Below are positions 1-9,828 of a stretch of DNA of 64,000 nucleotides, in pieces. The notes below the pieces were generated by a model that did not search any database, was not told the DNA's origin, and saw only the letters and a program-made list of their open reading frames with translations. Source of the DNA: Deltaproteobacteria bacterium (GTDB lineage: Bacteria > Desulfobacterota > Desulfobacteria > Desulfobacterales > SG8-13); NCBI GenBank assembly GCA_041299015.1, contig JBFYWB010000084.1:17049-81048 (forward strand), read 5' to 3'. A program made the position numbers and the translations under genes. How positions within the stretch are numbered: the first letter of the stretch is position 1; every line of letters starts with the position of its first letter.

Positions 1-1
1 C

Positions 2-1048
2 ATTCTGGATGCGCAAGGCAACCTGGACGAATCACTGGAACCGGATATCCCGGATGACACTCTGTTGCGAATCCATGCAACCATGCTGCTCGGGCGCCGA
101 TTCGACGAGCGGCTGCTCAACCTGCAGCGCCAGGGCCGCATCGGAACGTTCCCGCCGATCACGGGGCAGGAGGCTTCCCAGGTGGGCGCGGTAGCGGTCT
201 TGCGCGAGGCGGACTGGATGGTCCCATCCTTCAGAGAAACCGCCGCCGAGATCTGGCGCGGCCGGACCCTGGAGAGCGTTATCTTTTCCAACAACGGATT
301 CAACGAGGGCGCGCAGATACCGGCGGAGAGCCACACCTTGCCGGTGTCGATACCGGTCGGGACCCAGATGCTGCACGCGGTCGGCATCGGATACGGGATC
401 CGGTACCGCAAAAAAGATAACGTGGTCATGACCTTCTTCGGCGACGGCGCCACATCGGAAGGCGATTTTCACGAAGCCCTCAATTTTGCAGGGGTGTTCG
501 AGGTACCGGTGATTTTTGTCTGTCAGAACAACCAGTGGGCCATCTCCGTGCCGCGCAAGAAACAGACCCGCGCCGAGACGCTGGCCCAGAAAGCGCTGGC
601 CTATGGTCTGCCGGGAATCCAGGTCGACGGCAACGATGTCTTGGCAGTGTATGCCGCCACAACCGAGGCGGTGGAACGCGCCAGAAAGGGTGCGGGGGCG
701 ACCCTCATCGAATGCGTCACCTACCGCATGTCGGTGCACACCACGGCCGACGATCCAAAGCGCTACCGCACCGATGACGAGGTCGAAGAGTGGCGGAAGC
801 GCGACCCGCTGACCCGATTCCAGAAACACCTTACCCGCAAAAACCTCCTCTCCGAAGAAAAGATCGCGGCCGCGGAAACCGATGTTAGAGAAAAAATACA
901 GGCCGCCGTCGACCGGGCCGAGCAGCAAATGAAGGCATTCGGCGCTCCGCTCGATATGTTCGACCACGCCTATGCCGAAATGCCGCCCCACCTGAAAGAG
1001 CAAAAGAAATTCCTGGAGCGCGAACTGGCTGAAAACAGGGAGGAGTAA
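2..1048 (+). CDS. pdhA: Pyruvate/2-oxoacid dehydrogenase E1 alpha subunit (5'-truncated by window edge)
   Basis: TPP-binding motif GDGATSEGDF...NN (QNNQWAIS) and YRMSVHTTADD loop; frame is open from base 2; first gene of an E1a-E1b-E2-E3 run. Confidence 0.93.
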   Translation: MLDAQGNLDESLEPDIPDDTLLRIHATMLLGRRFDERLLNLQRQGRIGTFPPITGQEASQVGAVAVLREADWMVPSFRETAAEIWRGRTLESVIFSNNGFNEGAQIPAESHTLPVSIPVGTQMLHAVGIGYGIRYRKKDNVVMTFFGDGATSEGDFHEALNFAGVFEVPVIFVCQNNQWAISVPRKKQTRAETLAQKALAYGLPGIQVDGNDVLAVYAATTEAVERARKGAGATLIECVTYRMSVHTTADDPKRYRTDDEVEEWRKRDPLTRFQKHLTRKNLLSEEKIAAAETDVREKIQAAVDRAEQQMKAFGAPLDMFDHAYAEMPPHLKEQKKFLERELAENREE

Positions 1049-1052
1049 TCCG

Positions 1053-2039
1053 ATGGCAAAAATGACGATGGTTCAGGCGCTCAATTTGGCGCTCAAACAG
1101 GAGATGGAAAAGGACGACCGGGTGATTGTCCTGGGTGAAGATGTCGGGCGGGACGGCGGCGTCTTTCGCGTGACCGACGGCCTGATCGATCAGTTCGGGG
1201 AACAGCGCGTCCTAGACACTCCTTTGGCGGAAGCCGGTATCGTCGGCATGTCGATCGGGATGGCCGCCTTCGGCCTTCGCCCGGTGTGTGAAATCCAGTT
1301 TTCAGGGTTCAGCTACCAGGCGTTTCATCAAACCGAAAACCACGCCGCGCGCCTGCGCTGGCGCTCGCAGGGCCGTTTCAGCGTTCCGATGGTGCTCCGG
1401 ATGCCTTACAGCGGCGGCGTGCGGGCCCTGGAACACCACTCGGAGAGCCGCGAGGTCTACTACGCGCACACGCCGGGACTCAAAATGGTGATACCGTCCG
1501 GACCGCGCACTGCACGCGCCCTTCTGGTCAGCGCCATACGGGACCCCGATCCGGTCGTTTTCTACGAGTCGAAGGCGCTCTACCGGGCTTTTCGCGAAGA
1601 AGTGCCGGAGGAGGAAGAAACTTTTCCGATCGGAAAATCGCAGATCGTTCGCAAGGGTTCGGACATCACCCTTGTCTCCTACGGGTCGATGATGCGACCG
1701 ACGCTCGCGGCGGGAGAGATCCTCTACGAAAAGGACGGGGTTGACGCCGAGGTCGTCGATCTGCTGACCCTCGCGCCCCTTGACGAGAGCCTGTTCACCG
1801 AATCCGTGCGCAAGACCGGGCGGGCCGTCATCATCCACGAGGCCCCGCTCAGCTATGGCCCGGGGGCTGAAATCGTGGCCAGGCTGGTCGACAAGTCGTT
1901 CTACTACCTCGAGGCGCCGATTGCCCGGGTGGCCGGATTCGATATCGTCATCCCCCTGTTCAGCCGGGAGAACCACTACATTCCCAGTGTGCAGCGAATC
2001 GTGCGCGCCGCCCGGAATGTGCTCGAAACCGCCGCCTGA
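1053..2039 (+). CDS. pdhB: Pyruvate/2-oxoacid dehydrogenase E1 beta subunit
   Basis: GEDVGRDGGVFRVTDGL, DTPLAE, EIQFSGF, GGVRALEHHSE motifs; GGAGG RBS. Confidence 0.94.
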   Translation: MAKMTMVQALNLALKQEMEKDDRVIVLGEDVGRDGGVFRVTDGLIDQFGEQRVLDTPLAEAGIVGMSIGMAAFGLRPVCEIQFSGFSYQAFHQTENHAARLRWRSQGRFSVPMVLRMPYSGGVRALEHHSESREVYYAHTPGLKMVIPSGPRTARALLVSAIRDPDPVVFYESKALYRAFREEVPEEEETFPIGKSQIVRKGSDITLVSYGSMMRPTLAAGEILYEKDGVDAEVVDLLTLAPLDESLFTESVRKTGRAVIIHEAPLSYGPGAEIVARLVDKSFYYLEAPIARVAGFDIVIPLFSRENHYIPSVQRIVRAARNVLETAA

Positions 2040-2144
2040 CGGGTGCCTCCGGCAAGCGCGGCCACTTTGGAAGGGGCGCAGCCGGCCGGCGGCCAACGAG
2101 CGACCGCCCGTTGCGCCCAGACGTTGACACGAGGAGGAGTTATT

Positions 2145-3506
2145 ATGGCCCGTTCTTTCAAGCTGCCCGATCTGGGTGAAGGCATCCACGAGGGTGAAGT
2201 TATCGCCGTCCTTGTCGAAACCGGTGACGACGTGAAGGAAGGCGATCCGATTCTCGAAGTCGAAACCGACAAGGCGTCGGTGGAAATCCCTTCGCCGTTT
2301 ACCGGAACCGTGCAGGCCATCAAGGTCAAAGCTGGCGATGTCGTCAAGGTGGGCGACCTGCTGATGACGTTCAGCGACGCCGAGGTAAACGAAACGGAAG
2401 CTGAAAAATCGCGCCAAGAACCCGACCGGAAAGCCGCCGGAGAAGCCAGGCAAAAAGCAGCGCCCGTGAAAGGCACAAAGGCCGCTGACCCTGCGGGAAA
2501 AGACGACCGGCAGCCGAAGCGCGACCTATCCGCCGGGACGAAGGAGAGCAGTCAGGGTCCGGTGCCGGCCTCACCGGCCACGCGCCGCTTGGCACGCGAG
2601 CTGGGAGTCGATCTCCGACAGGTGACACCGAGCGGTCCAGGAGGATTGGTCACCGCAGAAGACGTACGGGCCTTTGCACAAAACGAAACGCAAGGGGAAA
2701 AGGCGCCGGAACCGCCGCCGGAGGGGATCGAGCCGATCCAGGCCGTCGGCGCCCCGCCTTCCGAATTGCCGGACTTTACGAAATGGGGGACGGTGGAACG
2801 GCTGCCGCTGCGCTCGATCCGCAAGGCAACCGCCCGACAGATGGCCCTGGCCTGGTCCCGGATTCCGCATGTTTCCAGCCAGGACGATATCGACGTTACC
2901 CGGCTGGAAGCCTTGCGTCAGCGCCACAAACAGTCCGTCGAGAAGCAGGGCGGCCGGCTCACCCTGACCGTGTTTGCCGTTAAGGCCACAGCGGCGGCCC
3001 TCAAGCAGTATCCACAGTTCAATGTTTCGTTGGACGTTGAAAAAGGTGACATCATCCGCAAGCGCTATCGCCACGTCGGTGTTGCCACCGACACGGGGGA
3101 AGGGCTCGTCGTGCCTGTCTTGCGCGATGCCGATCGAAAAAGCATCACCGAACTGGCCGTGGAACTCAGGGAACTCGTCGAGAGGACCCGCGCGCGCAAG
3201 GTCGATCTGTCAGAACTGCAAGGCGGCACCTTCACGATCACGAACATCGGGGCGGCCGGCGGACGGGGGCACTTCGCACCGATCATCAACTATCCGGAAG
3301 CGGCCATCCTGGGAATGGGCGCCGCCCGGCTCAAGCCGGTGATCGGGAAAACCGAGACCGGGGCTGCCAATGTCGTGGCGCGCATGATCCTGCCGGTGGT
3401 CCTGGCGATAGACCACCGGGTCCTGGACGGTGTCGACGCCGCCCGTTTCCTTGAATTTTTCCGCTCCGCGCTCGAAAACCCTGAAAAAATGCTGCTGTTG
3501 ATCTGA
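2145..3506 (+). CDS. pdhC: Dihydrolipoamide acyltransferase E2
   Basis: Lipoyl domain ETDKA, E3-binding ASPATRRLARE, catalytic DHRVLDG; start moved to ATG 2145 after the GAGGAGG RBS. Confidence 0.93.
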   Translation: MARSFKLPDLGEGIHEGEVIAVLVETGDDVKEGDPILEVETDKASVEIPSPFTGTVQAIKVKAGDVVKVGDLLMTFSDAEVNETEAEKSRQEPDRKAAGEARQKAAPVKGTKAADPAGKDDRQPKRDLSAGTKESSQGPVPASPATRRLARELGVDLRQVTPSGPGGLVTAEDVRAFAQNETQGEKAPEPPPEGIEPIQAVGAPPSELPDFTKWGTVERLPLRSIRKATARQMALAWSRIPHVSSQDDIDVTRLEALRQRHKQSVEKQGGRLTLTVFAVKATAAALKQYPQFNVSLDVEKGDIIRKRYRHVGVATDTGEGLVVPVLRDADRKSITELAVELRELVERTRARKVDLSELQGGTFTITNIGAAGGRGHFAPIINYPEAAILGMGAARLKPVIGKTETGAANVVARMILPVVLAIDHRVLDGVDAARFLEFFRSALENPEKMLLLI

Positions 3507-3550
3507 CGACGCGGCGTATCCTCACGCCGAAAGAAGAGGAATCTTCCATC

Positions 3551-4981
3551 ATGGTCATGGGCGAATTGTCACAGGAAACCGAATTGTTGGTCATCGGCGG
3601 GGGACCGGGCGGTTATGCGGCCGCTTTTCGGGCCGCCGATCTGGGAATGGACGTTACCTTGGTGGAGATAGCCGAGCGGCCCGGTGGGGTGTGCCTCTTC
3701 AGGGGCTGCATTCCCTCCAAAACCTACCTGCACCTGGCGGAACTGATCCACGATGCCGCCCACGCCGCAACCATGGGCCTGAAGTTCGGATCGCCGGAAA
3801 TCGACCTGGAAAACGTGCGCAACTACAAAAACCGGGTGGTCGACAAACTCGCCGACGGGCTGGTCAGCCTCGGCAAGGCCCGCGGCGTGCAACGGATCCG
3901 CGGCCGCGCCGCCTTCGAAAACCCGAAAACAGTGCGCATCCATGAATCCGATGTCAGCCATATCAAATTTCGCCGGGTGATTCTGGCCACCGGCTCGCAC
4001 CCCATACCGTTTCCCGATGTGCCCTTCAGAAAAGGAGGGCGGATCATGAATTCCACCGGTGCCCTCGATCTGACCGATGTTCCCGAAAGTCTTCTGGTCA
4101 TCGGCGGCGGCTACGTGGGGCTTGAACTGGGGTCGGTCTATGCGGCCCTCGGCAGCCGGGTCAGTGTGGTGGAACTGGGCGATCGTCTTCTGCCGGGTGT
4201 GGATGCCGATCTGGTGGAACCGCTCAAGCGCCGCCTGGAAAAACGCTTTGCGGCGATTATGCTGAAGACAAGGGTCAAGAGGCTCATCGAAGACAAGGAG
4301 CGGGTGAGGGTGTCCTTCGAAGGCGGCGTCGATCCGGCGGAACAAGACTTCGATCGTGTCCTTGTCGCCATCGGCCGCCGGGCCAACACGGCCAACATCG
4401 GGTTGGAAAACACACGGGTGGCGATCGACGACCGCGGCTTCGTAAGGGTGGACGAGCGGCAGCGGACGGACGACGAAAACATATACGCCGTCGGCGATGT
4501 GGTCGGCGGAATGATGCTGGCCCACAAGGCCGGTTACGAGGGCAAAATCGCCGCAGAGGTGATCGCCGGTGAACCTTCGGCCTTCGATGCACGCGCGATA
4601 CCGGCCGTGGTCTACACCGACCCGCAAATTGCCTATTGTGGTCTGACCGAAGAAGAAGCGCACCGGCAGGGACAAAAGATCGCGGTCAACCGCTTTCCCT
4701 GGAAATTTTCGGGCCGCGCCACGACCATGGATGCCGGGGAGGGCCTGACCAAGATGATCGTCGCTCCGGACACCGGCCGGATCCTGGGTGTCGGCATCAC
4801 CGGCAGAGGCGCCGAAAGCCTCATTGCCGAAGGCGTGTTGGCGGTCGAAATGGGCGCCTTGGCCCAGGATGTCGGCCTGACCATCCACCCGCACCCCACG
4901 CTCTCGGAAACCGCGATGGAAGCCGCCGAAATCTTCACCGGTTCGGCGACCCACATCATCGTCAAGAAAAAGAGCCGCTGA
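3551..4981 (+). CDS. lpdA: Dihydrolipoamide dehydrogenase E3
   Basis: GGGPGG FAD motif, redox disulfide CLFRGC, NAD motif GGGYVG, C-terminal HPHPTLSE. Confidence 0.95.
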   Translation: MVMGELSQETELLVIGGGPGGYAAAFRAADLGMDVTLVEIAERPGGVCLFRGCIPSKTYLHLAELIHDAAHAATMGLKFGSPEIDLENVRNYKNRVVDKLADGLVSLGKARGVQRIRGRAAFENPKTVRIHESDVSHIKFRRVILATGSHPIPFPDVPFRKGGRIMNSTGALDLTDVPESLLVIGGGYVGLELGSVYAALGSRVSVVELGDRLLPGVDADLVEPLKRRLEKRFAAIMLKTRVKRLIEDKERVRVSFEGGVDPAEQDFDRVLVAIGRRANTANIGLENTRVAIDDRGFVRVDERQRTDDENIYAVGDVVGGMMLAHKAGYEGKIAAEVIAGEPSAFDARAIPAVVYTDPQIAYCGLTEEEAHRQGQKIAVNRFPWKFSGRATTMDAGEGLTKMIVAPDTGRILGVGITGRGAESLIAEGVLAVEMGALAQDVGLTIHPHPTLSETAMEAAEIFTGSATHIIVKKKSR

Positions 4982-5060
4982 CGGCGGGGACAAATTAACG
5001 CGGCACGTGGGGCATTTACCGAACGGGATGCCGTAACGGGCCGTCAGCTTCAATCCTAAA

Positions 5061-5176
5061 AGGGGTCAAAACTTGAACTGTCAATTCTTCCTGACCGGCT
5101 GACTTTAGCCAGATAAGAATTGGACATGGCGAGGGCATGGCGGATCGAATACGAGGGAGCTAATATCCTCAGTGGT
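5061..5176 (+). pseudogene. Relic of a REP-associated tyrosine transposase (RAYT/Y1) 5' end
   Basis: ATG 5126 reads MARAWRIEYEGA(N)ILSG, matching the RAYT N-terminus MARxxRIEYxGAxYHxxSRG with the YH lost; upstream GGGGTCAAAACTTGAA resembles the GGGGTCA..CTTGA motif I recall beside such genes. Confidence 0.6.
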
Positions 5177-5236
5177 ATCCAGGCTGCCACTGACAACCCG
5201 GCTTTGGGCGTCAGAAAATCTCCCCAAGGAGCGCAC

Positions 5237-5935
5237 TTGAAAACAATCGGTCTTATCGGCGGCATGAGTTGGGAATCAACGGTTACCTACTACCGGCAAA
5301 TCAACGAGTCGGTAAAGGAGCGCCTCGGCGGGCTCCACTCAGCAAAAGTCGTCCTCTACAGCGTCGACTTTCACGAAGTTGAAAAGCTGCAGCATTCAGG
5401 AAACTGGTCCGCTGCGGGTGCATTGCTGGCGGATGCTGCGCGAGCGCTTGAATCCGCCGGCGCGGACTTTTTGGTCCTCTGCACGAATACGATGCACAAG
5501 ATTGCACCCGCAATCGAAGCGGCCGTGCGCATTCCGTTGCTCCACATTGCCGATCCAACCGCCGAGAAGATCAAAGGCGCCGGCCTGTCAACGGTCGGTT
5601 TGCTTGGCACGCGATTCACCATGGAACAGGAGTTCTATAAGGATCGCCTGCGTCAACGTTACGGGCTGCGAGTTCTCATTCCAAGTCGGCAAGACCGAGA
5701 AGTCATTCACCGTGTCATCTACGAAGAGCTGTGCCTCGGACGGGTTATTGACGATTCGCGTATTGAATACCGCAGAATTATGGCTGCTCTCATCAGCCAA
5801 GGCGCGGAAGCGATCATTCTCGGCTGCACGGAGATCTCAATGTTGGTCGAGCAGCGAGATTCATCGGTTCCCTTGTTTGACACCACAAGCATTCACGCCC
5901 GCAGGGCAGCCGAGCTGGCGCTTTCGGCAGCATGA
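5237..5935 (+). CDS. Aspartate/glutamate racemase (YgeA/RacX family)
   Basis: KTIGLIGGMSWEST, LCTNTMH and LGCTEI catalytic Cys motifs; TTG start with AAGGAG RBS. Confidence 0.92.
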   Translation: MKTIGLIGGMSWESTVTYYRQINESVKERLGGLHSAKVVLYSVDFHEVEKLQHSGNWSAAGALLADAARALESAGADFLVLCTNTMHKIAPAIEAAVRIPLLHIADPTAEKIKGAGLSTVGLLGTRFTMEQEFYKDRLRQRYGLRVLIPSRQDREVIHRVIYEELCLGRVIDDSRIEYRRIMAALISQGAEAIILGCTEISMLVEQRDSSVPLFDTTSIHARRAAELALSAA

Positions 5936-6156
5936 TGCCAAACCCCCTGTTCCACTCAAACGTCAGCCGACTCAGCGGCTCACTCCTCCGCCAAGGCCCC
6001 TTTGAATCTGCTCAGAAATGTCCATGGGTTTCACTTGGTCCAAACCATCAGGTGGTCTCCGGTCTTTCTCCGTGGGTTGCCTGCGTTCACTCGGATGCTT
6101 CCCGCGCGCGACCGCTTTTTGCCGGGCCAAGGGCGCCAGGCCGGGATGCCCGCATG

Positions 6157-6342
6157 TCAAATCACATTGCCGATCAGGTAGTTCTCCAGGTTCTCACGGC
6201 TTCGGTTGGGCATCTCTTCCAACTTCTGTTTACAGTTGGCACAGACGCAGAGGTGCTTTTCGTTGAGGTAAACCTGACCGTTGCATGGTTTTTCGCCGCA
6301 CAGATCACAGACGGCCGTCCTGTCGGCGATTTTTTCGTACAT
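6157..6342 (-). CDS. Small CxxC...CxxC putative metal-binding protein (61 aa)
   Basis: GGAGGT RBS just before the ATG; CDLC and CANC pairs; 65 bp downstream of the co-oriented USP gene. Confidence 0.7.
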   Translation of the reverse strand: MYEKIADRTAVCDLCGEKPCNGQVYLNEKHLCVCANCKQKLEEMPNRSRENLENYLIGNVI

Positions 6343-6407
6343 GGCGCCACCTCCGCTCGATTACGGTTCCCCGGTGTTGACGTTGCGGCCGCAATGACGG
6401 CGGTCGG

Positions 6408-7349
6408 TTAACCGCTCACCACCCAGACGGTCTGCTCGTTGATGAGCTGGACCAGTTTCATCGGCACCCTTCCTATGGGGAAGGTCTTCACGTTCGATAC
6501 CCCCCGACGCCCGACGACGATGGTGCCGAAGCCGCCGTGAAGGGCCTGAGCGAAAAGGGTGCCGCCGCGGGTGGCCATGCCGGAGATCACCTTGACCGAT
6601 ATCCTATCGGAAGGAATACCGGCTGCTTCCAGGGAGTCAACGGCCTTTTCAAACACCGGCACCATGGCCTTGCGGGAACGCATCTCCTGGCGGGCGGCGG
6701 CCTCGCCGGCGGATGGATCCGATCCGGGGTCCCAATCGGGTTCCGGGTTGCGAATGGCATGAAACAGCGTGATCTCTGCCGGGCTTCCTGAAAGCATTCG
6801 GCCGACATGGTCGACCACGCGCGCGGCAAAAGGCGAGGCGTCGATGCAAGCGAGCACCCGCCGGCAATCCGGCCGACCGTCCACCAGCCACAGAGTGACC
6901 TCGGAAAGGGCGGGCACCAGCTTGCCGGCCACGCTGCCCATCACCAGCCGTGTAATCGGGTTGCGGCCGGTCTTTCCGAACGCAACGGCCCGGTATCCGC
7001 GGCGGGCTTCCTTAAGGATGTCCCGGGCAATCCCTTCCTGTCGGGGCTGAATGACGGCCCGGACGGCCTCGGCCGGGAACCCGCTGTCAAACAGCAATTG
7101 ACGGGCATCGTCCATGAAGACCTTTATTGCGGCTTGACGGCGGATCAGCCACTCCCGGCCCAATTCGTTGCCCGACGATTCGGTTGTCGCCCTGAGATCC
7201 CAGAAACTCTCCGGGACGGGCGAGAGCACGTGGAAGAGGGTCACATCGGTTGATCTCGGCGCGCATATACCCGCCACATAGCGCACGACCTCCAGCGATT
7301 GTTCGGAGCCGTCGACGGCCGCCAGCAGCTTTTGTTTCACGGATGCCAT
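6408..7349 (-). CDS. Universal stress protein, tandem USP domains
   Basis: LLAAVDGSEQS...G..G motif and a second LACIDASP...IVVGRRG domain; GGAGGAG RBS. Confidence 0.9.
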   Translation of the reverse strand: MASVKQKLLAAVDGSEQSLEVVRYVAGICAPRSTDVTLFHVLSPVPESFWDLRATTESSGNELGREWLIRRQAAIKVFMDDARQLLFDSGFPAEAVRAVIQPRQEGIARDILKEARRGYRAVAFGKTGRNPITRLVMGSVAGKLVPALSEVTLWLVDGRPDCRRVLACIDASPFAARVVDHVGRMLSGSPAEITLFHAIRNPEPDWDPGSDPSAGEAAARQEMRSRKAMVPVFEKAVDSLEAAGIPSDRISVKVISGMATRGGTLFAQALHGGFGTIVVGRRGVSNVKTFPIGRVPMKLVQLINEQTVWVVSG

Positions 7350-7726
7350 GCTTCTCCTCCTGCCCTCCAGGGCCATTCACCCTTCGGGCGCACAGCCGTA
7401 TAAAGGGGTTTAAACGCGGGGGCCCGATTGCCTGCCACAAACTATTCTGCAAAACGGATACCATCGCCTTTCGAAATGGCGGCACGACGCCAACTGCCCG
7501 ATACGTCTTTAATATCCAGATTTTCGGCCGAATCCCGCCGGAGTGGTTACCGGGAGCGGCTGTCGATTTTTTTTACAGATTGGAAATTGCTGACGAAAGA
7601 TCAAGAAGACGGAAGGAGCATTTTTTGTGCGGAAGGGGCCATGCCGCTGAGAACGGCAATGACAATTAAAGCCCGTGCCAAGATCGGAAAGCCATGAGTG
7701 CTCTGTACGAACGTTGTTCTTGGAAA

Positions 7727-7754
7727 GGGCGGGGAATCTCCCCGCCCATTTTTT
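7727..7754. terminator. Intrinsic terminator-like hairpin downstream of sod
   Basis: GGGCGGGGA-ATC-TCCCCGCCC with an adjacent T run on the + strand (A run on the sod strand). Confidence 0.6.
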
Positions 7755-7757
7755 CGT

Positions 7758-8360
7758 TTATCGACTTTTATTGTAATGCGCGTTGATCCGCTCCCAGTCG
7801 ATCACATTGAAGAAGGCCTCGATGTATTCCGGCCGGCGGTTCTGGTATTTGAGGTAGTAGGCATGCTCCCACACATCCAGCCCCAGAACCGGCGTCTGCC
7901 CGCGGCTCAGCGGGCTGTCCTGGTTCGCGGTGGTGACGATCTCCAACCGGCCGTTGCCCACAACCAGCCAAGCCCAGCCGCTGCCGAACAGCAACGCCGC
8001 CGATGTTGAAAATTCTTTCTTGAACGGCTCGAAACCGCCGAACCTCTCCTTGATGGCATCGGCCACCGGTCCGCCGAAGGATGCGTTTTTTTTCAGGGTC
8101 GGCCAGAAAAACGAGTGGTTGGCATGGCCGCCCCCGTGGTTTCTGACGGCGGTTCTGATTTTTTCAGGGATTTTGTCCAGCATCTTGAGCAATTCTTCGA
8201 CGCTGTAATTTTTGAGTTCGGGATCATCGCCGATGGCGGCATTCAGTTTGTCGACGTAGGTCTGATGATGCTTCGTATGATGAATCTCCATGGTTCGCGC
8301 ATCGATGTAAGGTTCCAGCGCGTCGTATGCGTAAGGTAGTTTTGGTAGTGTATGTGACAT
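7758..8360 (-). CDS. sodA: Fe/Mn superoxide dismutase (Mn-type signature)
   Basis: [23 protein letters not shown]; start [10 protein letters not shown] with AGGAG RBS. Confidence 0.93.
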   Translation of the reverse strand: MSHTLPKLPYAYDALEPYIDARTMEIHHTKHHQTYVDKLNAAIGDDPELKNYSVEELLKMLDKIPEKIRTAVRNHGGGHANHSFFWPTLKKNASFGGPVADAIKERFGGFEPFKKEFSTSAALLFGSGWAWLVVGNGRLEIVTTANQDSPLSRGQTPVLGLDVWEHAYYLKYQNRRPEYIEAFFNVIDWERINAHYNKSR

Positions 8361-8677
8361 CGTTTTTTCTCCTGTATGGTGGCACAGTCCCCGCAGGGAC
8401 CGGTTCGTCGAATATCGAAGAAAGCCACGTTTCGGCCGCCGCAGCCGCAAATCGGGATGCGAGCGCCAAAGCGTTTTCAAATCACGCGGCTATTGGAAAT
8501 ATAACGACGATCGACCGTCTCTCAAGTCGGGAAGGGGCGGAAGATGAGGGATGGCGTTTTGACCTCACGAAAGCCCGGCGGGCATCGCCGTTGCGCGGCA
8601 TACCAGGGGATCTGCTCTTCGTGCCGACAATGAACAGCTGCGCCCGCTGCGGCGACGGGCGCGGGACCGGCTTTGGG

Positions 8678-9442
8678 TTACCGGTGTGTCCATCCGGCCC
8701 GCATCACCAAGTCCGCCTGGCGATAACTGTCCATGTTGCCGATATCGAGCCGCTTGGCATCGATCTTGATTGCCGTCACCGGTTCTTTGCGGCACAGGTA
8801 ATCGATGAAATGGCCCGGTGCGTCGACCGGACCGGCGGCATCCAGAAAATCCGCCAACCTCTCGCGCGCGCTGGGCCGCAGAAAATAAAGCGGTGGGCAG
8901 AACCAGCCGGGCAGCGGGTTGTCCGGTTTTTCGAGCATTCCTAAAACCCGGTCGCTTACACCGAAAACCGGCACTCCAGTTCGTCTGTGCGCCTGCGGAT
9001 CGTGCTCCGCCAGCGCAATGAGGCAGTGAGTGGTGCCGCTCAAAAAATACCGCCACGGCTGGGCAATATGAAAGAGATAAATATTGTCTCCGGCGGAAAC
9101 CAGGTAGGCACCGGACCGGCCGGCCTGGCGCAAGACCAGCCGCAGGTCCGAGCAGGCACCGAGACGACTTTCTGCCCCGGTCGCGCCGTCATTGTGAAGT
9201 TCAAGGGTGATGTTTCGCGCCGACAGACGGGCAAGCCAGCCGCGGCTCCAGTCTTCGAAACGATCGATGTGTTTGGCGTTGGTGACGATATGGACTGCGT
9301 CGATTTCCGTCAGGTCGAGGACCTGTTCCATCAGGTAATCGAGCACGGGCCGGCCGGCGACGGGCAGCAACGGCTTGGGGAAATCACGGGTGAGGGGGTA
9401 CATGCGGGTGGCAAATCCGGCACACAGAAAGACCGCCAACAT
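8678..9442 (-). CDS. Sugar-phosphate nucleotidyltransferase family protein
   Basis: AGFATRMYPLT..PKPLLPV, AGDN and DIG motifs. Confidence 0.85.
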   Translation of the reverse strand: MLAVFLCAGFATRMYPLTRDFPKPLLPVAGRPVLDYLMEQVLDLTEIDAVHIVTNAKHIDRFEDWSRGWLARLSARNITLELHNDGATGAESRLGACSDLRLVLRQAGRSGAYLVSAGDNIYLFHIAQPWRYFLSGTTHCLIALAEHDPQAHRRTGVPVFGVSDRVLGMLEKPDNPLPGWFCPPLYFLRPSARERLADFLDAAGPVDAPGHFIDYLCRKEPVTAIKIDAKRLDIGNMDSYRQADLVMRAGWTHR

Positions 9443-9828
9443 CGGTGAGGTCCTCTCTCATCCTGTTTGACCTTGCCAGCGGTCGACTCTTGGCATTATT
9501 CCACGCAGCAGGATGCCCCGTCGTTTTTTTATAGGGCCTTCGGTCCGAATAAAGTGGAATTCGTTATGTTGGTTGCGATCCCCCGAATTTTCTTATTATG
9601 ATCTATCCCAGATCGCCGTCAGGTTCAAGATCCATTTCGTACTGATAGTGAAACGCTCAAAGCATATAACAATTATGTTTGTAACGCTCTAATTTATTTC
9701 ATTATTGTATATTCATAATTTTATTATTACACTTTTGTATATTCATTCCGCCACGATGTTTTTGGGACCATCAAATTTAAAAGCATTATTTCATAGGGTT
9801 ATTCCGAATACGCCACTGGCGCGCCATG

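Noticed and set aside
5936-6156. Intergenic segment with SAM-I/6S-like fragments (GGCAACC, TGAAACC) and ORFs 5972-6160 and 6018-6266
   Set aside because: No complete conserved RNA core could be built and no family motif was recognised; an Rfam scan would settle it
7428-7697. 89-aa ORF between USP and sod
   Set aside because: No RBS or motif; composition looks non-coding
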